Positions 1 through 15,675 of a stretch of DNA of 55,018 nt are shown here, piece by piece. The translations under genes were made by a program, and so were the position numbers. Origin of the DNA: a virus (lineage: Duplodnaviria > Caudoviricetes); the IMG/VR virus record IMGVR_UViG_3300032220_001325, positions 1 to 55,018 of that record. One strand, given 5' to 3'. A model generated the notes under the pieces. The model was not told the DNA's origin and did no database searches. It worked only from the letters and a program-made list of their open reading frames with translations. The first letter of the stretch is position 1. Every line of letters starts with the position of its first letter.

Positions 1-4200
<4,200 letters not shown>

Positions 4201-4225
4201 TAACTATTCGAATATATAGCTAATA

Positions 4226-4594
4226 ATGGCTACTAAGTATTATTTAGATTGGAAAGAAGTTGAAGAGGAATGGATAGGAACAGACTATATTTGGATAGAT
4301 GTTGCTATCTTGATTGAAGATACTGTAGGAGAAATATTAGGCGGTGATTACACTTTAGCTTTAGATGAAATGGATCCATGGGAATCCATGAAAAAAAAGT
4401 TAAAGGATAAAAGAATCGAGGAGGAAAAAATTGATGCCCTACTTGAAGTTATAGTTTCTGTAAAAGGAGAAGAAAAAAAATTATCCAAGAAAAAAGATAC
4501 TTCAACTAAAATATTAATTAAAGATATACAAAAAACTTTAGACAAGTACAGCAAAAATAAGGTGTACGTCAAAGCAGAAATTAAAGGAAGATAA
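4226..4594 (+). CDS. Hypothetical protein
   Basis: 122 aa ORF in gene run, preceded by ATATATA motif. Confidence 0.7.
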   Translation: MATKYYLDWKEVEEEWIGTDYIWIDVAILIEDTVGEILGGDYTLALDEMDPWESMKKKLKDKRIEEEKIDALLEVIVSVKGEEKKLSKKKDTSTKILIKDIQKTLDKYSKNKVYVKAEIKGR

Positions 4595-5235
4595 TGCAAA
4601 ATTTCGGAGACTGGAAATCAAAAAATTCTACATCACCTATATTAGAAGCTCTAAATAGAGGCTCAATGGATCGAGTTTCCACTTTTGGATCAGTAGATCA
4701 GTTTATTGCAGGTCTTTTAGGTTCTAATTTTAATGCAGAGCCACATCAAGATACGACTTCAGTTCCTTCTAATGATACTAATTCTAAATTTGGAGAAGAA
4801 TTAAAACCACAAGGGGAAATAGAAAATCCTGTTATGGATCAATTCGACGACGAGAATGAGGAAGAAGAATTGGAAAATTCTGAAGAATCTGAAACAGATA
4901 AATCACTATATAAGATCTATAGAGACAAAGAAGAGATTTTTGAATGTAACATATCAGTTCAAGGAGCTAAGCTATCGTCTTCTCAGGTAAGATTAATATT
5001 TGACCATGAGATATGCAATCTGGTTTTTTACGGAAAAATTAGTAAAGACGGTAAATGCGTGGTTCCTCTTAAAAAAATGAATTTTTATCCAGAGAGATCT
5101 ACCGGAAGGGTAAGACTCGAAGTAATTGTAGACGACACTATTTTTATACCTTGGGAAGAAACATTTGTTGTGGAAGGAGCTAAAAAAGTAACAGTACAAA
5201 TAAAATCTCAGAAAAAGGTTGATTTTAGATTTTAA
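4594..5235 (+). CDS. Hypothetical protein (acidic middle region)
   Basis: 213 aa ORF coupled to previous ORF (TAATG overlap). Confidence 0.7.
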   Translation: MQNFGDWKSKNSTSPILEALNRGSMDRVSTFGSVDQFIAGLLGSNFNAEPHQDTTSVPSNDTNSKFGEELKPQGEIENPVMDQFDDENEEEELENSEESETDKSLYKIYRDKEEIFECNISVQGAKLSSSQVRLIFDHEICNLVFYGKISKDGKCVVPLKKMNFYPERSTGRVRLEVIVDDTIFIPWEETFVVEGAKKVTVQIKSQKKVDFRF

Positions 5236-5256
5236 TGTACCTAACTAAATTAGTAG

Positions 5257-6408
5257 ATGCCAAATCCTTTAGATTTAACCAATGTCAAGGTATCCGATAC
5301 TTTTCCAAGACTTGTCCAAACGGACGGGACTGGAGGTTATTATGATGGATTAGGAAATCCACTTAATATAGGAGGCGGTAGTGGTGCAGGACCAACAGGA
5401 TCTACTGGACCAACTGGACCAATCGGACCAACTGGAGCTACAGGTTCTTCTGTTAGCTTGGATACATGGCAATGGAATTCCATAGCTACTAATGGAAAAC
5501 TAATTACAGATAACGGGTTTTTAGGAAATGGTGAGGTAGTAATACAAATTACTGAAATATCCAATTCTGGTATTAATTATGGGAATTATCTTGCTTCATT
5601 AAAATCCGGGTCTATTATTTTATTAGACACACCAGTAGGCACATACACATATTTAGTATCGTCGGACCCAACAGATAATGGATCTTATTTTAATATTGGT
5701 GTATCACCTCTTCTAATAGCACAATCATCATATACTCCTCCTGTTAATACAGGCATAAAAGTATCTTTTATTCTCAGAGGATCTGGTGCTACTGGACCAA
5801 CAGGAAATAGCGGAGTTACTGGATCTACAGGACCAACAGGATCTATTGGAAACACAGGTCCTACCGGATCTGGATCAACAGGTGCTACTGGAGCAACTGG
5901 TGCTACTGGTGCTACTGGATTAGGAATTACTGGTGCTACTGGTCCAACAGGTGCTACTGAATTTTATTACCAACAAGCCCGTCCGTCTCCAGATCCAATA
6001 AACCTGGGAGCAAGATGGCTCGATAGTGACAACGGTATAGAGTATGTTTGGGTATTCGATGGATCTCAGTATCTTTGGATGCAGCCTACGCAATTAGGGA
6101 ATGTTACATATCAAGCTTCGTCCATCAACACATCATCATATTCGCCTACATTTTCATACGAGTACTATGGGGTAATATATATGGGAGGGATCTGTACTGT
6201 TACTTTACCCCTTGCAACCGTCCCAGATGACGAAGGGAGATTTATCAATATTGCAGACGAAGTAGGTGGGATTAGTGGAGGAGGAAGGGGTATTTTAGTA
6301 CAGGGACAGAGCGGACAGCTTATCAATGGTCAAACTTCCGTTCTTATGAAGATTGACTATATGAGTCTGAACTTTATGTTTCGAAATAATTCATGGAAAA
6401 CAATATAA
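5257..6408 (+). CDS. Collagen-like virion fibre protein
   Basis: GPT/GAT repeats; [15 protein letters not shown] module shared with ORF 7643. Confidence 0.75.
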   Translation: MPNPLDLTNVKVSDTFPRLVQTDGTGGYYDGLGNPLNIGGGSGAGPTGSTGPTGPIGPTGATGSSVSLDTWQWNSIATNGKLITDNGFLGNGEVVIQITEISNSGINYGNYLASLKSGSIILLDTPVGTYTYLVSSDPTDNGSYFNIGVSPLLIAQSSYTPPVNTGIKVSFILRGSGATGPTGNSGVTGSTGPTGSIGNTGPTGSGSTGATGATGATGATGLGITGATGPTGATEFYYQQARPSPDPINLGARWLDSDNGIEYVWVFDGSQYLWMQPTQLGNVTYQASSINTSSYSPTFSYEYYGVIYMGGICTVTLPLATVPDDEGRFINIADEVGGISGGGRGILVQGQSGQLINGQTSVLMKIDYMSLNFMFRNNSWKTI

Positions 6409-6414
6409 AGAAAT

Positions 6415-7638
6415 ATGTCATACACATATACTGATGAAATAAAGTTTGCTAATACTACCAACTTTGATGCCTTTGGTAGACTTAGAGTTAGTAACCCATT
6501 TACACTCTTTGACTCAAGTCATAGATTTGCTGACAACAATCTTTGGTCATCAGCTACAGCAACGGGTGGTACGGCTACATTTAATGCTGCGCAGGGGCTA
6601 ATGGACTTAGATGTAACTGCAGCATCAGGTTCTGAGGTTGTTAGAGAAACCACTAAAGTATTTTCATATCAACCTGGTAAGAGTTTGCTGGTACTTAACA
6701 CATTTGTGATGAGCCCCGCTAAAACTAACCTCAGACAAAGAGTTGGCTATTATGGGGTAAACAATGGTTACTACTTAGAGCAGAACGATACCACAGTAAG
6801 TTTTGTAGAAAGAAGTTTTGTTACAGGTGCAGTAGTAAACACTCCAGTTGCTCAGGCAAGTTGGAATGTTGACCCGATGAATGGTTCAGGACCTAGCGGA
6901 ATTATGCTTGACCTAACAAAAGCTCAGATCTTATTTATGGACCTAGAGTGGTTAGGAGTAGGTACAGTTAGAATTGGGTTTATCATAGATGGTAATTATT
7001 ATGTTTGCCATAAGTTTAATCATGCTAACATTATTGCTACTACATATATCACAACTGCCTCATTGCCATTAAGATATGAGATAACTAATACAGGAGCCAC
7101 AAGTGGAGCAAGCACGTTAAAGCAAATATGCTCTAGTATATTGTCGGAAGGAGGATATGAGCTTCGCGGATTACAACAGGCTGTGTGTACACCAATAAAT
7201 TCTCCTAGAGCATTAACAACAGCTGCTACATTGTATCCTATAGTTTCATTGAGATTAAAATCAGCTAGACTAGATGGAATAGCTATAGCAACAGCTGTTT
7301 CTATAATAGGTAATACAGCTGCTAATTACAATTGGCAGCTGGTGTCATCAGGAGTAACTACAGGAGGAACGTGGATTAGCGCAGGATTAAATTCTTCAGT
7401 AGAATATAATTTAACAGGGACAGCTTTTGCAGGAGGAAGAATTATTGCATCAGGGTATTTTACAGCTACAGCAAACACGAGTGTGTCTATTGATATATTA
7501 AAGGCAGCATTGTTTAGCAACCAATTAGAAAGAGACGGTTTAACAGGAACACCTTATGAGTTTACAATAGCTATAGCAGCAGGCACAAATAACGAAAGTG
7601 CATTTGCATCAATGGACTGGGAAGAAATAAGCAGATAA
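6415..7638 (+). CDS. Putative virion structural protein
   Basis: 407 aa, Thr/Ala/Gly-rich, N-terminal [17 protein letters not shown]; lies within fibre cluster. Confidence 0.6.
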   Translation: MSYTYTDEIKFANTTNFDAFGRLRVSNPFTLFDSSHRFADNNLWSSATATGGTATFNAAQGLMDLDVTAASGSEVVRETTKVFSYQPGKSLLVLNTFVMSPAKTNLRQRVGYYGVNNGYYLEQNDTTVSFVERSFVTGAVVNTPVAQASWNVDPMNGSGPSGIMLDLTKAQILFMDLEWLGVGTVRIGFIIDGNYYVCHKFNHANIIATTYITTASLPLRYEITNTGATSGASTLKQICSSILSEGGYELRGLQQAVCTPINSPRALTTAATLYPIVSLRLKSARLDGIAIATAVSIIGNTAANYNWQLVSSGVTTGGTWISAGLNSSVEYNLTGTAFAGGRIIASGYFTATANTSVSIDILKAALFSNQLERDGLTGTPYEFTIAIAAGTNNESAFASMDWEEISR

Positions 7639-7642
7639 TTAT

Positions 7643-9427
7643 ATGCCAATAAGTTTTCCAACATCACCTTCAATAGGACAGATTTACGTTTTACCCACAG
7701 GTGAAGCCTGGGAATGGAATGGTGATGCTTGGCAGTCATTAGGGTCACCAGGTGTCACTGGTCCTGCTGGTCCTGTTGGTGCTACTGGAGCTACTGGAGG
7801 TACTGGGGCAACTGGTGCTACTGGACTAACAGGGGCAACTGGTGCTACTGGTGCTACTGGTGATCAAGGACCGGGAGGTTATGGAGGACTTTTATTTTAT
7901 CTTAATTATATAGAGGATACTAGTCCAACACTAACTCCTTTAACTCCTACTCAACTAACTACTATAACTGGTCAAACCATTCAGGCTACTACTGCTACTA
8001 CAATCACTCCTACCACAAATACTGATGTTAGTCTTTTAAGTTTAACCCCTGATCTGACAGATCCGCAAACTACAATTTCCTTCCAGACACCAAATTCTAA
8101 TACGGTGGATGCAATGGTGGTTCAATTTGCAATTTTTAGAAATCAGATAACAGGAACCCCTACAATTATACCTCCTGGAATATGGGAGTTGACTCTCTAT
8201 GCAAAAGCAGATGCTGGCAATGACATAGACAATATAGGCTTGCGTTATTTTCTTTTAGGAAGAAATTCATCAACAGGAGTCTATACGAATTTGGTAGCTA
8301 ATGGTTCGGATTTAGTTTATCTATACGACTCTGTTACATCTCAAGGATTAGCTCTTAGTCTAATTGTAGGGACTACGATTGATATTTCATCTTATGATTT
8401 ACTTCAAATTGTAATAACATCACGAAACAGAAATGCCACTAATCACGAAGCTCAGGTTTATTTCCAGTCTTCAAATGGTTATTCACATTTACATACGACA
8501 TTCACTGCATTAGGACCAACAGGACCAGCTGGGCCAACTGGACCAACTGGAGCTACAGGAATTGGAGTAACAGGACCTACAGGTTCCATTGGACCTACAG
8601 GATCAACAGGTTCTATTGGTCCAACTGGAATTACTGGTCCAACTGGAACAAGTTTTACATATTATGTTCAAGAACCTCCAGCACCTTCATCGCCTGTAGT
8701 GGGAGATAGATGGTACGATCTTTCTACCGGTATAGAATATGTTTACATCAATGATGGTAACACCTCACAATGGGTAACTCCTAATTCAGGAGGGGGATCC
8801 TCTGGTGGGGGATCTACAGGAGCTACTGGTCCAACTGGAGCTACTGGAACAGGAGTTACTGGGGCAACTGGAGCTACTGGAACAGGAGTTACTGGGGCAA
8901 CTGGAGCTACTGGTGCAACGGGATTAGGAGCTACTGGACCAACTGGAGCATCCGGTAATTCAAATGTTATAATAACACAGGGATTAGATTTATCAGTTGT
9001 TAGTGGTATTAGTTCAACTAAAATCGGTCAATATGAGGATGACGGAACAATCTATGATGTTTATAGACTTAATGCTAAGGTGAATGTTCCTGGAGGTAAT
9101 AATACTTACGTAAATTACATAGGTACTGTCACTATTACTGGAACCACTTTTAGACCTCACGCAACTCAGGGATTAGTTGATGCAAACGATCCTACTGGAT
9201 TTGTACAAGTTCAATCATCTTTGACTACTGGGGCATTAGTTTATGATCAGGTATTAACTTATGCAGCACCTGTCGATTTAATGACAGTGAACTACGATAA
9301 CACAGGATCAGCTTTAGACTATGATATATTTTTCATAGCAGGAAATGCTAATAATTTTAGATGCGATGTTTTTGTTGATTATCTATTTTTAGTAGATCGT
9401 GATGACCCTATATCATTTACTAACTAA
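7643..9427 (+). CDS. Collagen-like virion fibre protein
   Basis: Three G-X-T repeat blocks; N-terminal FPxxPxxGxxY...WxWNGxAW module shared with ORF 9774. Confidence 0.75.
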   Translation: MPISFPTSPSIGQIYVLPTGEAWEWNGDAWQSLGSPGVTGPAGPVGATGATGGTGATGATGLTGATGATGATGDQGPGGYGGLLFYLNYIEDTSPTLTPLTPTQLTTITGQTIQATTATTITPTTNTDVSLLSLTPDLTDPQTTISFQTPNSNTVDAMVVQFAIFRNQITGTPTIIPPGIWELTLYAKADAGNDIDNIGLRYFLLGRNSSTGVYTNLVANGSDLVYLYDSVTSQGLALSLIVGTTIDISSYDLLQIVITSRNRNATNHEAQVYFQSSNGYSHLHTTFTALGPTGPAGPTGPTGATGIGVTGPTGSIGPTGSTGSIGPTGITGPTGTSFTYYVQEPPAPSSPVVGDRWYDLSTGIEYVYINDGNTSQWVTPNSGGGSSGGGSTGATGPTGATGTGVTGATGATGTGVTGATGATGATGLGATGPTGASGNSNVIITQGLDLSVVSGISSTKIGQYEDDGTIYDVYRLNAKVNVPGGNNTYVNYIGTVTITGTTFRPHATQGLVDANDPTGFVQVQSSLTTGALVYDQVLTYAAPVDLMTVNYDNTGSALDYDIFFIAGNANNFRCDVFVDYLFLVDRDDPISFTN

Positions 9428-9436
9428 CTATAAAAA

Positions 9437-9757
9437 ATGGCTTCTAGAATACAAGAAAAAATAGACACATATACTAATATCTTATTAAATAGATATCCAC
9501 CTGGTGTGCAATATTATAAGATTTCAATAGGTCATGTTAAAACAGATGATGCAGTATCTGATACGACACCTCACAGTTCTATATTCACATCGGACGATTC
9601 TCAGCCAGCTACTGCTTCAACTATATTCACAGACCAAGGAAAAACAATTAGATTAAAAGGTGCAGATTTATATTATCATGTTTTTGCAGCAGATGGTGCA
9701 GATCTTTCGTATATAATAAGAATAAATCCAAGCGGGATAGTAACTTTCCAATCATAA
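9437..9757 (+). CDS. Hypothetical protein
   Basis: 106 aa ORF in fibre cluster. Confidence 0.65.
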   Translation: MASRIQEKIDTYTNILLNRYPPGVQYYKISIGHVKTDDAVSDTTPHSSIFTSDDSQPATASTIFTDQGKTIRLKGADLYYHVFAADGADLSYIIRINPSGIVTFQS

Positions 9758-9773
9758 AATAATAGAATTCTAA

Positions 9774-10244
9774 ATGGCAGCTATAAATTTTCCAATACCG
9801 ACATTTGTAGGAGAGACCTATACCTTTAATGGAAGTACTTGGACATGGAACGGGTATGCTTGGATATTAGGACCAAATATAGGACCAACTGGGGCAACAG
9901 GTCCTTCCGGTTCTACTGGCTCTACTGGACCCGCAGGACCAACTGGGGCTACCGGATCATTTAATAAATTTACTGGAACATTTTCTCTGAATTTTGGATT
10001 TGCTTCTGGAGGGGAAGAAAGCACGACCTCAGCTACTATTACGAATTCCAATGTATTATTGGATTCAGTAATATATTTAGAATGGGATGTATCATCTAAT
10101 CATGAGTCAATAGAAGACCCGCTAATAGAGGATATATCTCTTATAATTGCCAGCAAAACAGCGGGTGTTGGATTTACAGTAAATGCCTTTGCCGCTAATA
10201 ACACATTCGGGATATATAATCTTAAATACACAATAATCAATTGA
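9774..10244 (+). CDS. Short collagen-like virion protein
   Basis: FPIPTFVGETYTFNGSTWTWNGYAW followed by GPT/GAT repeat. Confidence 0.7.
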   Translation: MAAINFPIPTFVGETYTFNGSTWTWNGYAWILGPNIGPTGATGPSGSTGSTGPAGPTGATGSFNKFTGTFSLNFGFASGGEESTTSATITNSNVLLDSVIYLEWDVSSNHESIEDPLIEDISLIIASKTAGVGFTVNAFAANNTFGIYNLKYTIIN

Positions 10245-10245
10245 T

Positions 10246-11682
10246 ATGAGTATAATAATAAAAAGTGGTAGTTCAACCTCATTAGCCTCAGTAGACACAA
10301 ATAACAATCTTCAGGTAAATACACCAGTAGATCCGGATATTTCTGGTTTTACAACTTTAACTACTGAAAGCGATGACGGAACAGTAACAGGATCTAGAAA
10401 GTTAATCAATCCCGAATCTTCTGATGACTATAGATTAAGAACAGGATTAGATCAAACTTTCTTTAATGAATATTTTCCTGGTACAACGATAAATGGTAAT
10501 ATTTGGAACACGCTTGTTACTGGTCATACTATTTCAGTTGCAGGTAATTTCGCTAACTTAAATGGAACAGTAACATCTGGAAACTTTTCTCAACTTAGAA
10601 CATGGAGACACTCGCCAGTTTTTATGACATTTCCAACTTATTGCGAGATAGATCTACAATTTACAAGCGTTCCTATCACTAATAATGTTTGCGAATGGGG
10701 ATTAGGGTTAGCAGCAACAACAGCAGCTCCAACAGACGGAGCATTTTTCAGAGTAAATGCACAGGGTGAATTTAGAGCAGTACTTAGTACAGGCGGTACT
10801 GAGATATTAGGTGCTGATATAAGTGCTCAACTGCCGACTATCAATACAACAAATGACTACTTGATAGTTTTATCAGAGAAAAACGCTGAATATTGGATTA
10901 ATGATATTTTAGTTGATTCTATACCAAGATCTGCAAATGCTGGTTCAACAACTTCATCAATGAATCTTCCATTATTTGTAAGACAATATAACAGCAACAC
11001 TGCTTCCACTGCAATGACTATTAAGGTGGGATACGTAAATATCTCACTTGGGGATATGAATACTGTTAAACCATGGCCACACTTGATGGCAGGAGCAGGA
11101 AGTATGGCTTATCAGGCACAAACTGGAGCGGCCACACTAGGATCAACATCAAATTTACTAAATAGCCTTCCTGCAACATCAACAAATGCTGCATTGTCAA
11201 ATACAACTGCTGTTTTGGGTAACGGTCTTGGCGGTCAATTCTCAATACAACCTACATTAACAGCTGGTACTGATGGAATAGTATTTAGTTATCAAGTCCC
11301 TACTGGAACTTCTACATTACCAGGTAAATCGTTATATGTGACTGGAGTTAAAATACAAGGCGCAGTTACTACTGTCTTAGCAGGTGGTCCTGTTGTATAC
11401 GCATATTCTCTTTGCTACGGAAGTACTGCCGTATCCCTAGCAACAGTTGAAGCTAACGGTACAGTAAAAGCTCCTAGAAGAATAGCGCTAGGATTTGAAA
11501 CTTTTGCTGCAACAGCAGCTGTAGGTACATTAGGAAGTCCTGGGGGTTGTTATATGGCATTCAATTCTCCTGTAGTGGTTCAGCCTGGTGAATATATAGC
11601 ATTAGCTGTTAGAAACTTAGGTACTGTAACCTCATCAGGGGTCATCACACTTTTAGTGGCGATTGATGGCTACTTTGAATAA
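10246..11682 (+). CDS. Putative virion structural protein
   Basis: 478 aa Thr/Ala/Gly-rich ORF ending the fibre cluster. Confidence 0.6.
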   Translation: MSIIIKSGSSTSLASVDTNNNLQVNTPVDPDISGFTTLTTESDDGTVTGSRKLINPESSDDYRLRTGLDQTFFNEYFPGTTINGNIWNTLVTGHTISVAGNFANLNGTVTSGNFSQLRTWRHSPVFMTFPTYCEIDLQFTSVPITNNVCEWGLGLAATTAAPTDGAFFRVNAQGEFRAVLSTGGTEILGADISAQLPTINTTNDYLIVLSEKNAEYWINDILVDSIPRSANAGSTTSSMNLPLFVRQYNSNTASTAMTIKVGYVNISLGDMNTVKPWPHLMAGAGSMAYQAQTGAATLGSTSNLLNSLPATSTNAALSNTTAVLGNGLGGQFSIQPTLTAGTDGIVFSYQVPTGTSTLPGKSLYVTGVKIQGAVTTVLAGGPVVYAYSLCYGSTAVSLATVEANGTVKAPRRIALGFETFAATAAVGTLGSPGGCYMAFNSPVVVQPGEYIALAVRNLGTVTSSGVITLLVAIDGYFE

Positions 11683-11697
11683 ATAATCTTGAAGTTT

Positions 11698-12138
11698 ATG
11701 GAAATTAAAAGATTCATCAATTTTATAAAGGAGAGCACAGAAAATAAACTTGCTCCTAATCCTTCAAACTTGTCAATTATCAAGGATGATGGTAGAGAAT
11801 GTATGTTATTGCAAGATACCTCTACTGGTAAAAAATGGTTCTTTTACTACGATCATATAGACAAGCAGGATTTTTCAGAATTTGGTGAGGTTGATAAAAC
11901 ATATATCGGTAGAGACGAGGACGGAGATCCAGAATATGAGTACGATTATGAAAATTATGAACCTACAGAGGATGATAAATTAGAATACGTAAAAGCAAAG
12001 ATTAAAGATTTTAGTATAGGAAAAGGTATAGAGGGGCACGATAATGGAGATGATCTTGTTGAGATAGATCAAATGTTAGCACATGTTTTATTAGATACTT
12101 TTCCTAAATTTACACCAAAAGACCTAGACCTGCTATGA
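11698..12138 (+). CDS. Hypothetical protein with capsid-targeting-like N-terminus
   Basis: ATG at 11698 gives MEIKRFINFIKES. Confidence 0.65.
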   Translation: MEIKRFINFIKESTENKLAPNPSNLSIIKDDGRECMLLQDTSTGKKWFFYYDHIDKQDFSEFGEVDKTYIGRDEDGDPEYEYDYENYEPTEDDKLEYVKAKIKDFSIGKGIEGHDNGDDLVEIDQMLAHVLLDTFPKFTPKDLDLL

Positions 12139-12389
12139 AACATTTAAAACTATACGAAAATTTCCAAGATCAAGAAAGAAAGTATTTTACTGATTCTGAG
12201 ATTACATATTATCAAAAACTTTGGGATTGGTTGCATGAAAGACACAGGAATAATCAATTCTTTAGTAAAATCTGGAACCAAGCAAAAACAAAAAAATCTC
12301 TAACCAAAAAACAATGGATGGAGCTAGAATTTCTGTTGAAAAACGGAAAATCTAGATATGAAGCCGGTATTCTCCCCAGCAATTACTAA
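12135..12389 (+). CDS. Hypothetical protein with capsid-targeting-like N-terminus
   Basis: MKHLKLYENF start; ATGA overlap with previous gene. Confidence 0.7.
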   Translation: MKHLKLYENFQDQERKYFTDSEITYYQKLWDWLHERHRNNQFFSKIWNQAKTKKSLTKKQWMELEFLLKNGKSRYEAGILPSNY

Positions 12390-12439
12390 TCACAAAACGA
12401 AACTATTTCTTCCTTTATTGTAGAATTTAATAAAGGTCC

Positions 12440-12646
12440 ATGGAGAAAAAATATAGATTTTTCTTTCATTACAGAAAACAAACCGGTGGGATGACCGTTC
12501 ATTTCAGAGGTCAATGTATCCCAGCATTTGATGTTGAATGTAAAGTCAAATGTGAGACTAAAAGAAATAAAACACAGCCTTATCTAGTTTTACAAGGATA
12601 TTGCAAAGATGTTCTGGTGGAAGAAGGAAAGGCAATTATAATATGA
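12440..12646 (+). CDS. Hypothetical protein
   Basis: 68 aa ORF, ATGA-coupled to next gene. Confidence 0.6.
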   Translation: MEKKYRFFFHYRKQTGGMTVHFRGQCIPAFDVECKVKCETKRNKTQPYLVLQGYCKDVLVEEGKAIII

Positions 12647-13257
12647 CAACAAGACTTCGAAATTATGGAACATCAAATGATTTTTCTGAAGGACACAGAA
12701 GATGTCTTCCTGGAAGTTTTTGTCTTTTTGATATAGACGGATTTCTGTTAGACCAAAATGGTGATCCTAAATATATTTACGAAGGAAAATATAAAATGGA
12801 AACCAAAGATCGTGGAAATTTTATAGAAAAATTCTTCGACAGAAAAAATGTACAAGCTACCTTACTAAGAATAATTTCCCATAAAATTAAAGTCTACATT
12901 TGTGAGGAGTCTACCAATAAATGGTGGGAACTAGAAAATTCAGAGCTTAAAGAATGTCCGAATCCCCAATTAGATCTATTTAAAACAGAAAATAGAATTT
13001 ACGTAGAGGATATAATTACGGATAGACACTCAATCTCATCAGTATTCTTAAGAACAGAAGGAGAAAAACCATGCTCATTAGATCCTTTTGCTGATTACCT
13101 TTCAGATATGCTAGAAACCAAGAAGATCTTAGTTAATGATATACACGAGAGAGGAAAGATTTATCTTAAAGACAACGATACAACAGTAACTTGTGAATTA
13201 AATGAGGATTATGAGGGTGATTGGTACGAAGAATGGGAATCTTTAGATCTGGTTTGA
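12643..13257 (+). CDS. Hypothetical protein, possible PD-(D/E)xK-like nuclease fold
   Basis: Likely start at ATG 12643; FDIDG...IYEGK spacing is weakly PD-(D/E)xK-like. Confidence 0.55.
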   Translation: MTTRLRNYGTSNDFSEGHRRCLPGSFCLFDIDGFLLDQNGDPKYIYEGKYKMETKDRGNFIEKFFDRKNVQATLLRIISHKIKVYICEESTNKWWELENSELKECPNPQLDLFKTENRIYVEDIITDRHSISSVFLRTEGEKPCSLDPFADYLSDMLETKKILVNDIHERGKIYLKDNDTTVTCELNEDYEGDWYEEWESLDLV

Positions 13258-14019
13258 ATCTCGCCATTCTGATTCGTTCTGAACATATTCTTCAAAATTA
13301 ACTTCAGCATCTTCCCAGAAAGTATCTATTCTTTCCTGAACCATATCTAGATCTTTTTCTAAATCTTGTAATTCTTTAAGATTTTCTTCTAGGGAAGATA
13401 TTGCAACTTTACTTTCGTCTTCTGCGTATTTTACATTTTCAAAATCACCAACCTCGATCTCGAATGCCTTAAGAAGATTGGATCCTTTTTTTGTTTCCTC
13501 GTCATCCTCATAGAATTTTTTCCATTCTTGATATTCTTCCTCATCTATCTCATCGGTTAAATCATTTAGATACGAGAGATTATCCTCTATCACAGATTCG
13601 GGATCTGTTATTAGATTAGATTTATGTTTTAGTATTAGCCATCCTCCACTTCTACCAGTAACAAACCAATCATCAAAATTCTCACTATTTTCTATGATAT
13701 CATCTCCTGACATTTGTAAATTGTCAGTGAGAAAAGAATCCCACATATGATTCACTTCTTCCTCCGAATATCCATACTTTTTAGATAGATCCTCTGTATC
13801 TGGAAATGTTCTTGATTTTATATTGAATTCAAATCCGTCACTATCGTGTCTGTCATATTCAAAATTTTTAGTGAGATATTTTTGCTTAGTCATTATCGCA
13901 TCAGTGAGATCGTTGATCTTCTCTGACCACGGAAACCTTTGGTCTATTTCAAAATCATAAGAATCGGATTCATTAATAAATTGGGAAAATCTTAGTATTA
14001 AGTTCTTAAATTGATTCAT
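13243..14019 (-). CDS. Acidic hypothetical protein with capsid-targeting-like N-terminus
   Basis: 258 aa; ILRFSQFINES near N-terminus; GGATATATA upstream on minus strand. Confidence 0.7.
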   Translation of the reverse strand: MNQFKNLILRFSQFINESDSYDFEIDQRFPWSEKINDLTDAIMTKQKYLTKNFEYDRHDSDGFEFNIKSRTFPDTEDLSKKYGYSEEEVNHMWDSFLTDNLQMSGDDIIENSENFDDWFVTGRSGGWLILKHKSNLITDPESVIEDNLSYLNDLTDEIDEEEYQEWKKFYEDDEETKKGSNLLKAFEIEVGDFENVKYAEDESKVAISSLEENLKELQDLEKDLDMVQERIDTFWEDAEVNFEEYVQNESEWRDSNQI

Positions 14020-14046
14020 ATCGAAACTATATATCCCTCATTTTAT

Positions 14047-14544
14047 ATGAATGATATGGAAAACCTTTTTGCTGGTAGATTGATTAGAACATATTCTGGA
14101 CATTATTTTGATGTCTTTGATCCTAATCCAGAACACATAGAGATAGAAGACATAGCTCACTCATTATCACTTTTATGTCGATTTGGAGGACATATAAAGA
14201 GCTTTTATTCAGTAGCTGAACATTCCATTTGGGTTTGCAATAAAGTGTCTAAAACGCACGCTTTAGCAGCTCTATTACATGATGCTAGCGAAGCTTATCT
14301 AATAGATTTACCAAAACCTATAAAAGATGAGATCCCCCAATATTTAGAGGTTGAAAATAACCTAATGAAGGTCATCGCAGAAAAATTCGGATTTCAATAT
14401 CCTTTCCACGAGGAGGTTAAGATCTATGATAAGGCTGCTTTGGAATTCGAATGGGAAAATAAAGTACTTTATGATAACTTTATTTCAATGCCTTCTGAGG
14501 TTGCAAAGGAACATTTCTTAGAAATGTACTATAAACTAAAATAA
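14047..14544 (+). CDS. HD-domain phosphohydrolase (YfbR/YfdR-like 5'-deoxynucleotidase)
   Basis: CRFGGH, YSVAEHS and LLHDASEAY motifs. Confidence 0.8.
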   Translation: MNDMENLFAGRLIRTYSGHYFDVFDPNPEHIEIEDIAHSLSLLCRFGGHIKSFYSVAEHSIWVCNKVSKTHALAALLHDASEAYLIDLPKPIKDEIPQYLEVENNLMKVIAEKFGFQYPFHEEVKIYDKAALEFEWENKVLYDNFISMPSEVAKEHFLEMYYKLK

Positions 14545-14554
14545 TAAAATCAAT

Positions 14555-14848
14555 ATGCCTAAAAGCAAAGTAAGAAAGAAAAACGGTAAGAAGGTAAAGT
14601 ATACTCCTACACCAAAAGGTTTATCCAAAACCAAAATGAAAAAGCTCATGGAAATGATTGCAGAACAACAAAAAAATCTAGAATCAGTTCCTCAATCTGA
14701 AATAAGAGATGAATCTACGCCTTTACATATTTCTGAAGAATTCACTAAAAAACTAAACGTTATTTCTTCCAGTGAAGTGACCGAGGAAGGACCATCTTTA
14801 AGTGTAGCTACAGAAGAAAATACAACAGAAGAAAAAGCAAATTCCTGA
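14555..14848 (+). CDS. Hypothetical protein (basic N-terminus)
   Basis: 97 aa ORF starting MPKSKVRKK. Confidence 0.65.
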   Translation: MPKSKVRKKNGKKVKYTPTPKGLSKTKMKKLMEMIAEQQKNLESVPQSEIRDESTPLHISEEFTKKLNVISSSEVTEEGPSLSVATEENTTEEKANS

Positions 14849-14886
14849 ATTTGAGGGTTATATATAGTAACAAATAATATACTAAA

Positions 14887-15201
14887 ATGACAAATCTCAA
14901 TGATCAGGAATTAAAAGAATTAATTGATGGAAAGGATAAAACCCTTATCTATTTCTCTGCTGAATGGTGTGGTCCATGCAAGGTTTTAAAACCCATAATG
15001 GAAAAAATAGAAACAGAATACACTACAGAAATTAAGTTTGCTAAAGCCGATGTTAATCAGGCAGAGGAAACTACAAAACTGTTCTCTATTAGAAACATAC
15101 CCACGTGCGTACTCATAAGCGAGGGAAAAGAGATAGCAAGATTCAGTGGAGCTAAAAAAGAAGAAGATATCAAAAAATTTTTTCTAGAACATCAGAATTA
15201 A
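14887..15201 (+). CDS. trxA: Thioredoxin
   Basis: WCGPC active site, 104 aa. Confidence 0.9.
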   Translation: MTNLNDQELKELIDGKDKTLIYFSAEWCGPCKVLKPIMEKIETEYTTEIKFAKADVNQAEETTKLFSIRNIPTCVLISEGKEIARFSGAKKEEDIKKFFLEHQN

Positions 15202-15243
15202 TTGAAACTTTCTTTTACATTAGCGGTATCAAATAAAACAAAC

Positions 15244-15252
15244 GTTCTTTAA
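15244..15252 (+). promoter_or_regulatory. boxA-like antitermination site
   Basis: GTTCTTTAA just before the ncRNA pair; same motif precedes the tRNA arrays. Confidence 0.5.
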
Positions 15253-15266
15253 TTTACTATTCTTTA

Positions 15267-15483
15267 TTTCTTGAAGCGGTCTAGAAGGTTACTTCAAACA
15301 ATAACTACGAACGCTAAAAAGATATCTCGAAAGAGAATCTTATAGCACCAAGATCCTAGTACTGCTATAGATAGGACGCCTGAAAGGGAGAAATCAGTAG
15401 CTCGGTTTAATTCACATGACTAGAAATGCTGGAACGATTACCTACCGTAAGGAGGGACCACTTTTTAGAGATTTCTCAAGAAA
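15267..15483 (+). ncRNA. Handle RNA 1 (putative Ro60-binding Y-like RNA) with ~160-nt non-tRNA cargo
   Basis: TTTCTTGA-AGCGG-TCTAGAAGG-TTACTTC ... CA-CTTTTTAGA-GATTTC-TCAAGAAA; internal GNRA-capped hairpins. Confidence 0.7.
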
Positions 15484-15500
15484 AAAAGAAAATTAAAATA

Positions 15501-15570
15501 AATCTGATGCGGTGCTAAGGGTTACTTCATTTGAAACGAAAAAAACACTCTAAGCTAATATTCTCAGGTT
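15501..15570 (+). ncRNA. Handle RNA 2 (minimal; possible Phe-GAA anticodon-like loop)
   Basis: AATCTGA-TGCGG-TGCTAAGGG-TTACTTC-ATTTGAAACGAA...CACTCTAAGCT-AATATTC-TCAGGTT. Confidence 0.7.
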
Positions 15571-15602
15571 AAACTTTTAAGGTCGAAAGACCTGAAATTA
15601 AC

Positions 15603-15651
15603 AAGGGATTTAAGTCAGCATCTAAAATGAAGACTTGAATCCCTTTTTTTT
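15603..15651 (+). terminator. Intrinsic terminator between handle RNAs and TROVE gene 1
   Basis: AAGGGATTTAAGTC / GACTTGAATCCCTT stem followed by T run. Confidence 0.7.
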
Positions 15652-15675
15652 ATTTGAAAATTTTAAAACAAAAAT

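Noticed and set aside
14047-14544. HD protein as DatZ indicating 2-aminoadenine DNA
   Set aside because: No PurZ in the window; motifs fit the general YfbR/YfdR family.
15297-15317. AAC AAT AAC TAC GAA CGC TAA (NNNYER*) resembling a Bacteroidota tmRNA tag
   Set aside because: No ALAA-type ending, no T-loop and no tmRNA acceptor ends; too short to support tmRNA.
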